Source: Klebsormidium nitens (lineage: Eukaryota > Plantae > Klebsormidiophyceae). From it: DNA of 62,046 bases. Below are positions 48,301-59,070 of this stretch, piece after piece (the first letter of the stretch is position 1; each line of letters starts with the position of its first letter). The stretch is taken from NCBI GenBank assembly GCA_000708835.1, contig DF237482.1, forward strand, positions 1 to 62,046, given 5' to 3'. The position numbers were made by a program, and so were the translations under genes. The notes below the pieces were generated by a model. It made no database searches and was not told the DNA's origin. It worked only from the letters and a program-made list of their open reading frames with translations.

Positions 48301-51300
48301 GCGACGTGGGAAAGCCGAAAGCGGCGACGGCGGCGGAGGCTGTCAGGCAGATCAATCCTGCGGTGCACACGGCGGCTATCCAGGTCGGACTTCATGGGGT
48401 ATATTTTCTCAATTGTAGTCCTTGAAAGTATCTATGAGCCGTCTCTCTTACCTTTTTAAGGGGAGCTTCGTGTCATTTGTTTAGTCGCGAACCGAGGACC
48501 GAGAGCGGTTTCAAAGGAACGGGTGCAGTCGCACAGCTTTGTTCCGATTGTCTTCGGCGAGGTTCGCTTCATAGCTCCTGTCAAAGTATTGGCACCCCAG
48601 AAGGAGTAGAAAGGGACGGACTCGCTTCGTTTCTGCTGGATGCGACTCTTTTTCAAATAATCCTACGAACGGTCGGTGCTCGCTCTTGATCATTGAGTTC
48701 ACTTGGACCGTTCACCAACTCTAACATGGTTCCTTGCTTTCGAGCGCTGCATCTTAACTAACCACCGACTGTGAAGGACTCGTCTCTGAAGCTCCCACCA
48801 TCGTCTGAACGCCTCTGCCTGACACCAAAGGCTTTCTCTGTCTGGGTTCAGGAGCGGCTAGTTGCAGAAACGGAGGGCGATTTCGACTCGGCCTCCTTCT
48901 AGAAGCTGTCAAGACAGTGCAATTGATTTTTTTGCTTCCCTAAGCTCATACAAGCGCCCAAGATCCTTCAGCGACGGCTGCTTACAATTAGACGAAGGCT
49001 TCCCTGACGCGCAAAGTCTTTCTCCGTATCGGTTCAGGAGCGGCTCGCTGCTGAAACGGAGGGCCTGTTCGACTCGGCCTTCTTCGAGAAGCTCTCTGGG
49101 GTTTGCACGGCCGTCGACGACGGTTCGTCGCGGCTGTACATCGACGCCCGATGCGTGGCTTTCGGGAAGGCCATGATCGACGGGGGGAAGCTCGGAGCCA
49201 AGGGCAGCGTCCAGGTATGCATATGTTAGCCTGCTTTAAGTTTGTAGAGATTCATTGCGGCCTCACGAGTGAACTTTCCGATGTAAATTGACGCCCGGTG
49301 GGTGGCTTTCGGTGGCCCTATGATCGACGGGGGGAAGCTCGGAACCAAGGGCAGGGTCCAGGTATGCCTGGTAGCCTCGTTTCTTTTCCTGGACTCGATC
49401 ACGACGTCCTACACATCATCTGTTGTTCATGAAATTCCCCTTATTTGGTGCAAGTGACTGGGAGAAGCTCAGAGCAGCGTCAGGTGGTCGATAGCCTCGT
49501 TTCAGCTTCATTAGCGACCATGCTTTTTCTGGTTGGATGATTCTGGTTGACGGGGGATGCTCGGAACCACTGCACTCCCAAGAATGTCCGGATGGCAATT
49601 TGTAGAAAGGCTCCTTTTGCACCTCGAGTAACGCCACAGAATGCGTTCCTTGCTGGTCCTACAGCCGCAATTTCATTACCGGACACTCGAACGAACCGTC
49701 CAATGCATGGATAGTCGTGCTTGACGATCACACAAGTCAAAACTTAGGCTCACAACAAGTCAAACGAGTCGCCAATGGCCCTCCAGTATTAGATCTCTTT
49801 GTATTTCGCGCGCTGAAGACAAAAGCCGAACTGCTCAGCTGTTGATCAGATGTCGAACTCTCTCGCCGACTCTGCAGGTGTTTGTGCCGCACCAGTCGGA
49901 GATGTACGCGTCGACGCGTGACCCGTCGGAGCACCGCGAGTTCCAAATCTGCACGCTCAAGAACTTCCCGTATGCGAGCGAGCATACGCTGCAATGGGCG
50001 CTCGACATCTTCGAGGGGCTGTTTAAAGTGCGGCCAGCGGGCGTCAACGCGTATCTCTCCAAGTGAGTCTTGTTCAAGAGAACAGGGGTCGGGTTGCCAG
50101 GGTATTCATTCTCAGGCGTTTTTCCTGCTTTGCACTACGAGTGCCTTCCGGACAGGTACCTATATTGAAAAGGGAGTGGCGTTACTCGGCTAGTATGCTT
50201 CCTTTCGTGATCGCGGAAACGATCGTGCCTTTTTTGTATACAGAGTTCTCAAAACATTGTGGTAAACCCCTGTTAGTGTTCGGACCCCTTCAGACAAAGT
50301 CTTGCAGTCCATGATCAGGAACACTATGCTCTTGAACACGTAACATTCTAGACAGTCTAAAAACCAGTTCCCCGGCACCCCTGCCGATGCTGGAGGGTCC
50401 TTCTGCAGGCTCTCCAATCGTAAGTCTCAACAACGTACTGCGCTATACCTCTTATCCTCTCTGTTCGTTTACTTCAAGAAAAACTTCCATGAATCCTCGA
50501 CGGAGTTGGCAGCGGGTGAGGTTTTTGTACACCTTCTTCTGCAGGCGCGACATCATGGACGGCCTGCAGAGGAACTCCGTGCACGCTTGCCGACCCTGGC
50601 AAATTTGCAGAGCGCTTAAATCAGAGATTCTCAAAATCGTTTTCCACATAAAACCTCGTTTGTCCATACATCGGATTCCTACGAACGGCTTACAAGATGG
50701 CAGCAAACCGTTGTATTACGTTTTTGCAGGCGCGACTTTCTAGACGGCCTGAAGAAGAACTCTGCGGCGCGCCTGCCGACGCTGGAAAGCTTGCGGAGCG
50801 CTCTGGTAACGCAGCGGCCGCTCGGCCTCGACGCGTGCATCGCCTGGGCGCGCAACCAGTTCGAGGAGCTCTTCAGCAACAGCATCAAGCAGCTGACCTT
50901 CAACTTCGCTCCAGGTGCGCGGAGAGCGATTTTTTTCATTTTTGCACGTATTGCAGTCGTGTCGAAGTGATTCACTGCATCGTGTAAGCTTTTCTCATAT
51001 GGGGACTGTGATGCTCAGATGGGGTTGCGACTCTTTAGCAGCTTTACCAGGCCTCTGCTATCCTAAGCTCGACGTCCGGCTTAAAGCGCAGCCGGTGCCA
51101 TTGGTGTTCGTACTTATTCCTTGGTGCAGGACTTGGAAGCGCCACGATTTTTTTGCGACGTCGTTCAGGGCGTTCGAATTCGACAGAAGGCCCGTGATGC
51201 TAGCAAACCAACACTGCTAGTTGGAGCAGTGGTTTCCTCCACTTGATGCACGGAGTTCAGCGAACACAAAAACCATCACTGCATTGGCGTTCAAAGTCAC

Positions 51301-54300
51301 TTCAATCAGAGTTGTTGCCATCTGCCCGATTATGCGACGAATCTGCATAATGCTTGCCAAATCAACAACCAAATCAACAGAGTGTCGAACTGCCTCATTC
51401 CACAGGCATGACCACGTCCGCTGGAGCCCCGTTTTGGAGCGGCACGAAGCGTGCTCCGACGCCGCTCACGTTCGACGTGCTCGACTCGCTGCACCTCGAC
51501 TTCATCGTCGCCGCCGCAAACCTTCAGGTACAAGACCTAAGTCCAGTCTGCTTTGACTTGGTCACAGCGAAAGTGAAAGTTCAGCAAGCGGCTGATGGAT
51601 GCCGTCTTGTCTATTTTGTTCGCATGAAAACTGGTTGCTTGGACTTGCCTTTGTTGTTAGAGCATGGAGAACCTGCTGAGGGCTGTAATGTGTCGCTTGG
51701 AAAGGGCGTCTCATCTGCACCAGCACTGTGGAGGACCATGTGAACAACCGGATTTGCGAGTCCGGTTTGGAAGGTTGAGCGTGCCGGTAGGAAACATACT
51801 CACAAAGGATAAAACTTGCACGAGAGCTCGTTTTATGCTCCTGCATTCCCTCCACCGGTGTATCTCCTGGATTCTCTACCATAAGCAAGACACCTGAGTC
51901 CGCTTTGATAAGATTGAGAAGTTGGGTGAGGTCGAGAACCCTTGCATCTGAACCACCTGCTATTTGTGTTTCCAGGCATTACAGTCCCTTTCCTTTTGGC
52001 GGTGCATCCCTCCTAGGAGAGTTCCGTTGGTTTGAGGTCCGTAAGAAGTGCACATTCAAAGGACTATTCCAAGTATGACCTTCGACATAATTTTTTGTCC
52101 TGGTACATTTGAGAAGACCTTGAGGTTGACCATGAGCCTCTGAATCCCCCCAGGCTTCCGTGTACGGCCTGAAGGGGTCCCGCGACCGGGCGTTGTTTGC
52201 TGAGGCGGTGACGCGGGTCGAGGTCCCGCCGTTCGAGCCGAGGGAGGGGGTCAAGATCGCGGTTTCGGATGAAGCGGTAAGTCGGTCCAGTCCCAGGTTT
52301 ACGACGAGAGCGATCCCAGGTTTTCAAGCAATTCACGCCATCGTTACTCGGACTGCTTTCATGTCTTTCACCGGTTGTGAGGGAATCGAGCTCTTCTTGT
52401 CTCGACTGAGTTTCATAAGCAGAACGAGCAATCCGTTCGCGCTCTTAGACGCCGATTTTGACGACTGAAAAGGGGCTTCGTTTTGCGAGATACTTGCCCA
52501 AAGGAGTTTTGGTTCACGAACCACTTACGCGGTTCGTCCGTTCTTTTACGAAGTCTTTTTGACTGCCCACGAGTTTGTAAATTGCGTCTGAACGTGCTCA
52601 TTTGGATGCATTGTACGACAATGGATGGTGGTAGTAAAGGCTTCGGAAGGGGGGCTTTGACGGTTGGTCCTTTTGGGATGGAGATGCCTCCCATGTCCTC
52701 CTCTCCTTTCTGAGCCCCCTTGTAAGCACTAGTTTAAAAGGCCGGTTGATGTCTAATATTGACATCCTACAGGAAGTCTCCTTTTTGGAAAGCGAGTCTG
52801 ATTGTGTATTGATGGATGCTGTGACGAGCTCGGCACGCTCTTTCCTTAGTCTGATTGTGTGCATCGCCTAATACAAGCAAGCCGTTCGGTTTTCGAGATG
52901 CAGCATACTGTCCTTGTGGATCCGTTCTCTTTGTCGGGACCGGATGCAATCAAAAGTCACAATCGCCTTCCGCACTCGCAAGGTGCCAAATAGGAAGCCA
53001 GGCACTTGCGAACGAGGTTCATTCGGTTTGTTTGTCATTGTCGGGGTTTCTCTCCGATCCTCGGGCGTTCTTTTCAGGACAATGCTAGCAGTCTTACGAG
53101 TTAGACATCGAAAGCGGTCAGTGATCAACTATAGTTGTGCTCTTCTTTCTCGCTGGGCATCAAGGCTCCAACTTCGACTCCAGCAGCTCTAGCCTTTTTG
53201 GGAAGGAGTCCCTGCGCACCATCAGAGTAAAAATGGTCGTTTGACTGGATACCGAAGAGAGTCCAAGCACGCCTGCTCCGTTATGCGCGGATTGATGGAA
53301 GGGAGGTTTACCCCTGGTTGGAGGCTTCTCATCTGGGGCGCAGACCCTTCTTTTGAAAGGTCCTTTCTTGGCTGTGATGTCAGTCCCTTGAGACATGCTC
53401 TCACAGACATGCATTCGGTGAAGCCACGATAGTCAAGCGAGTATAGTTTCCTTACAGACCATTCCTTCAACATCTAAAGTTTGGACGCGCTTACTGAAGC
53501 TTTTGGGTTCCCTGCTCAGTGCTTCGTATTCGGCCCTCCCTTACTCTTAAGACCGGATTTGATAATGGGGTTTGATACTGAACCTGGACAAGCCTGCCAC
53601 TTTCTGGTTGGTGGTACGAAGGATTTTGTCAGCGGTTCCTGCAGTGTTGCAAGCGTCGCTGCGGATGCACAAATCTGACGGGTTTTCACACGCAGCAACC
53701 TTCCCTTCACTTGGCAAAGCTTTCCGTCGTGCATCTTGCCTGCGCAGTAGTAGATCCCCTTTGGCGTGCTCTAATGTTGCTGTTTCGAATTTGCGGTTCT
53801 GAGAAGCTTGAAGTAGCTTTGACTCATGAGCTGGCTCGGTAGCGCAACACAATAGCTTCCTCTGTGCACACCTTGGTCTGCGGTCGTGGCTATGATACAT
53901 TTGACGCTGAGCAATGAGCTCAAGCCGTTTCACCCGGTCTTGAAGCCAACTGAGTGCTTCTGCCGTTTGTTTTGTGCATCTCTGCTTTCGATTTTTGATC
54001 ATCCTCGCTCTTGTCCAAGTATGGTTCCCTGTGTTCGGGTCGGGAAGATCTGTTCGACACCGCGGAATGAGGGTCCCTTTCTCTTCTCTGCCTCTCGGCC
54101 GTTCCCGTGTTCTGACGCCGCCACAGTGCGATAGCTACTTATATCTTCTAGAGTCGTCTGGCCCCTTTGCTTTGGTGCCCGAGGCCTGACTGAACCAATG
54201 GAATGGAGCAGCCCTGCAAGACTGTCTGCCGTCGTCTCACCGAAAAGGCACACCGCTCAAGCTAGTGACATCCAGCTTCATATTCATTCTGCGACGTAGT

Positions 54301-57300
54301 TGCTGGTGGGTTTCTTTGACTGGCGCCATTGCACTGCTTATCCTGTTCCTAGATTGCTTTACCCACAGTGGCTTCTGGAGGACCTGCCTGGAAGAATCTT
54401 TTAAAACTCCTGGGTGTTCCATGTTGGGCCTTGAGTAACGCTTCCGGCTACAAGGTTCGTCACTCAAGCCTGAGGACGCAACCTCCCTATCAAGCGGTGC
54501 TTCCATGTCGCCCTATCAGATTTCAGCTACAAATGCGATTGACATTCCGAAAAGGCGATTGTGATATTTCAATCAAGCGGCCGCTGTGCGCCTCCAAGGC
54601 TCGTTTCCCTGTCATTGATGCTCCTATGGTATAAGTTCCCGGAGTATGTGGAATACGATACCAAAAGCTAGAACAGGTCTGTGCCGATTCTTCTGCTTGG
54701 AGAAATGCACGTCTTATTGGTCAAAGAAAGTGCTCTTACGGATCTCCGACCCGCTCAGTCCCCGTTCACTGCTCAACGGCCCACCTTTTGAGTTTTGATT
54801 ACTCTCACGGCGCCGCTTTAGTATATCTTGGAGTTTGCACTCTTATGCACCCTAAGCAAGGCTGGCGGTCAACCAGAGGATTCGTCTCAGATTAATCTGC
54901 TCGCTCTGAATGAAATCTGAAAGTGTGGCGTCTGAGTTGCTTTGGTAGAGGTGCCAGTAAATTGGCTGTGAAAGACCGCTTATTTGAGGTTGGCTCACGG
55001 CTGCACTCTTCTGGATGCCGTTCCACACCTTGCGATGTTTTCCATGTCTTCGCTCGTGCAGCGGGTCACGTTGCAAATATCGCTCCCTGTCCTACGTTGC
55101 AAACAACCGGCTCAATTGTTGTCCATTTGAAGTTGTTGGTCACTGGGTTGCTTGTCCCTTGGTCCCTGTGGCAGACGTTGCTTGTCATGCAAGTCGAAGG
55201 AAACCTGCCACCTTTCGCTCGTCTTGTCCAAGTTTATTGCATTCTGGTTGATACAGTCGGATACCGTTGAATCTGCCTAATTCGAGGAACTTTGTGAAAG
55301 TTGCTCTTTGCCCGGAGCAAATACTTGCTAGTCATTGGTCCTACTTGCAGCAGCTGCTCTTATGGCAATGATTCGGGTTCCTGCTTGGCCGCTGTTTGGT
55401 GGTCACTTGCCTATCGTGGATTGATGCCCTCCGATTCGCGTGTTTATGCAGTATGTGCACTCGCTGAACAGTTGACTACCTATTTTGCAGTGGCAGCTCC
55501 TATGAGCGCTTCTCTGTCTCTCGCTCGTCGAATTGCCTCTCCTCATTAGATAAGGATGGTTTGAGCAGCCTCTGTCTTTCTTCGAGCACCATTTCTGAGC
55601 CCAATCTACCACATACAGCTTCTCTCAGGAATCATGGCTCTGCTGATAGGTGGTCATTGTTCGAATCAATGCCTCAAACAGATGACGAAGTCCTTTCAGT
55701 GGCTAGTGTCTCAAATCAGCTGCCAGGCTATTTCCTGCCGTGATGACCTTGATTCTGAAGGTCGTCCAAGCTCCGACTTCGACCTTGATCGAGCTCCTTT
55801 TTGATGTGACTTATTCTGGTAAACGTCATCAGCGATCTGTGTCGCCACTTCGTCTTTGCATCCAGTACGGCTGGCAAAAACTCGGCTTGATAAAAGTGAG
55901 ATCCACACCCATCTCGTCTTCCCTGATTCTGTTCGGAGGCTCGAATCCTTTCTACCTCGCTTTTCTCTTCTCAGGCCTACAACCTCGTCTACAGTGCCGG
56001 CTCTCGACGGACACGATTCTTCTTTCTTGCCAACGTCCGCCTACGACTCACTCCGAACCAGCATGCGCTCTGTCAAACTCAAATAGAGCATCTCGAAGAT
56101 TGTTACGTGGAAGAGGCTTTCTTAAGACCATTTTTCTTCTTCTCGCAGGCCCGCGGTTTGGCCAGCGCCCCCGGCTCCGCCCTCGCCATCTCCGGAGGCC
56201 CCTCTCCGGACGCGGACGCCGCGTGCGAACACCTCCTGTCCGAAATGCCCACCCCCGCCAGCCTCGCCGGCTACCGGCTAACCGTTATCGACTACCAAAA
56301 GGACGACACGGACCGTTACCACCTAGACTTCGTTGCTGCCGCCGCGAACCTCCGGGCCCGAAACTACGGCATCCCCCCTGTTGATAAGCTGACGGCGCGG
56401 CTCATAGCCGGGCGGATCCTGCCGTCGGTTATCACGTCGGCGTCCGTCGTTGCGGGGCTTATGTGCCTGGAGCTGTACAAGCTGGTACAAAATAAGCCGC
56501 TGGGCGCTTATCGGCACTCGTACCTGAACCTGGCGCTCCCGTTGATGACGTCAGCGCAGCCGCTCGCGGCGGTCAAGACGGAGGTGCAGACCAGCCACGG
56601 GAAGCCGCTCGTGTGGACGCTGTGGGACAGGTGAGGGCACGGGGGGTTGGATCGTCTTGGTTTGCTAACCGTGACCCGTTAAGAAGTATTGTGTCAGGAA
56701 AGTGATGTCTTTCGAGCCTAACAGACCTCGTGTTGCGTCACTCGAAATATGTTGTATTACAGCGACAACAAACCGTCAGAACCGGTGGGTCGCAACTTTG
56801 CAATCTAAAAGACATTGTGTTTTGTTGTTGTCCTCGTCTCCTGTTACTCTCCAAGATCCGATTAGTTGAAGTCTCGCTCGAACACAACGTTTGTCTGAGT
56901 TTCTTGTGCAACCGGTTGCTGGAAGGCTCGAGACTGAGTGCGGTGGTCTTCAATCACAGATCAGGAGCAGGCAGTGCCCTCGCTTCAAGATTAATGCCTT
57001 GGCTTCAGAAGACGGCAGGACATCGGGTTTCAACGTCACGAGCAGTCGTAACGCTTGCGAAGTAATATAGGGAGCATCCGCACGGGCAACACTTTCAAAG
57101 GCGTTCGACTCTGCTGGTCGCTCCGCATCACCACATGGTGCCCACATCACGGCGACCAAGGAGTCCAAGTTCGGCTATAAGCCATCGCCGTGTTCGTGTT
57201 GGCTCTGCCACTCTCTTAAGAAGCAATTGACGACTTAGAATTTTCATTTCGCAGGTTCGAAATCGACGCGCGAAGCCTGACGCTGGCGCAGTTCCTGAAG

Positions 57301-58099
57301 GACTTCAAGGCTAAGGAAGGACTGGAAGTGTCCATGTTGTCGTATGGGCGGAGTTTACTGTACGCCGAGTTTTTGCCCAAGAAGAAGATGGCGGATCGGC
57401 TAACCATGACGCTCGTCGACCTCGTAAAGCAGGTGGGGCGGTCTCCTTTTTTTCAATTTGAAAAATGGTCTAGCGGCAGGCTAGCAATGTCCCCAGCCTG
57501 ATTTAGTTCTTGTCAATCTCGAGGTTTGGGGTTTGTTCCGGTCCGCCACAAGCGAAGGTCGTGCCTTAGGAGATGGATTCCAGAGGTGATTGTTTCTGAA
57601 CTTCGGCTCAGGAAAGGTTCGAAGCTGCTGCAAACTTCCTTTCCTTCCTTAACAGACTGGACTATAGCATCTACACAATTCAACAGCTCTCTCGTCTTGC
57701 GATTCGCTGAATTTCAGAGAAACCAACTCCCATTCGTCTGTTAAGCTTAATTAGCAAGTGGCAGGACTGGTGTCTCGTTCAGTCGGGTTCTCGCCCGATT
57801 TTTAAAGTTAATGAGTGCGAGCATCTCGGAGGGCACTTCAAGCTGCTACCTACCGGTCTCAATTCTCTCTTTGAACTTTCCCGCAATCCCAACAATTGGG
57901 TCCTTCCTTATCCAAACACAGCCTTTTCGTTATCCGGAGCACCTTTTTGGGTGAGTAAAGCAACCCTGCTTCGGTCTTCCTGCAGGTGGCCAAGGCGAAG
58001 GTGCTGGACACGGAGACGCGGCTGAGTTTTTCGATCTCGTGCAGTGACGCAAACGATGACGACGTGGAGGTGCCTGACGTCATCGTGCGGATCAATTGA
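42359..58099 (+). CDS. Ubiquitin-activating enzyme E1 (UBA1-type architecture), divergent paralogue, ~1042 aa
   Basis: 19 phase-compatible exons: 42359-42411, 42970-43058, 43571-43653, 44043-44177, 44513-44599, 44948-45058, 45458-45664, 46062-46132, 46657-46762, 47035-47397, 48126-48383, 49038-49214, 49878-50062, 50730-50914, 51406-51527, 52154-52276, 56149-56630, 57255-57432, 57986-58099. Motifs [27 protein letters not shown], catalytic [35 protein letters not shown] with WTLWDRF and C-terminal DVEVP. Confidence 0.93.
42701..42733. repeat. 12-bp quasi-palindromic tandem repeat (acaccaggtgtg x~2.75) in E1 intron 1
   Basis: acaccaggtgtg acaccaggtgtg acaccaggt; each unit is ACACC-A-GGTGT. Confidence 0.85.
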
Positions 58100-59025
58100 T
58101 TTGGGGGCACAGTGATGTTGACTTCGTCAGGAATCAAACATAGAAGACCGTCGCGCAAGCCTCTTGACTCAATCTTCTAATACGTGACACTGTAAATACA
58201 TTATAAGCTGCATATTGAGACCAAGATCTCGCGTCTCCATTTTCGGTCTCCGGGTACGTACTTGAGTATGCGTTTGTACATTACAGCATGTGCGATCCGA
58301 CGCTCTTTCTGTTTTGTCTTCCTTTGTTGTTTGCTTTTTTTGGGAGATGGCGAATCTCTCACTTCCAGACGTTTTGAAGAGTGAAACTTGGCTGTGACGA
58401 GGACTGCCCTGATTGAGGGCCCACTACTTCAATGGGGCTGGCTTCTTCTGACGCCATTGGTTAGTTGACACTGAGTGATTTGCGTCCACTCCTGACGTGC
58501 TTATCTATTAAATTCTGCTCGTGTTTTGTGTGAGTTTCAATTAGCATAGATTGCTTTGGCACTCACAACTTCTGACCACGACACCTCGCTACTGCTGGTA
58601 TGACCATTTGTTTCGTTGTTACTTGGACGTAAGTTAGGAGGGCACATAGACACAAAGTGCAAAATTGCATCAACATCCACCATCCTTAGCAGCATTCGTG
58701 AGTTTTCAGCCGCTTTTCTGTTCACCTGTATCTTACATTCAATCTTTGGTTGTTGTGTTGCGGCCTTCTTTCATATGCCCGCACGTCAATTGTAGTCCCG
58801 CAAATCCTTCCAAAGTCGCTTCTTGTTGATGACCAAGGAGGAAATGTGGTGCATTCCGGAGCTTGGATTTTTCAGTACTCTGTTGCATCTACTAACACTT
58901 GCTCTGAAGCCGGAAAGCGGAGTGCATTATGTGCGACTCGGAGTCTTGAATGTCTGAATCAAGCCTTCGAGTGCTTACGAACTGCATTGAAATGACGGCA
59001 ATGATGTTGACAGCATTGGGATTTT

Positions 59026-59070
59026 AGCTCACTGAGCTCACTGATTCCCGTCCACTGAGCTCACTGAGTC
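59026..59070. repeat. 9-bp repeat agctcactg (3 full copies plus partial)
   Basis: agctcactgagctcactgattcccgtccactgagctcactgag. Confidence 0.75.

Noticed and set aside
15163-58099. SMC + RBR E3 + E1 as a clustered defence system analogous to bacterial Wadjet or ubiquitin-like systems
   Set aside because: The genes are intron-rich, on mixed strands, and separated by housekeeping genes (TAAC, MaoC, NECAP). Nothing in the sequence supports functional linkage.
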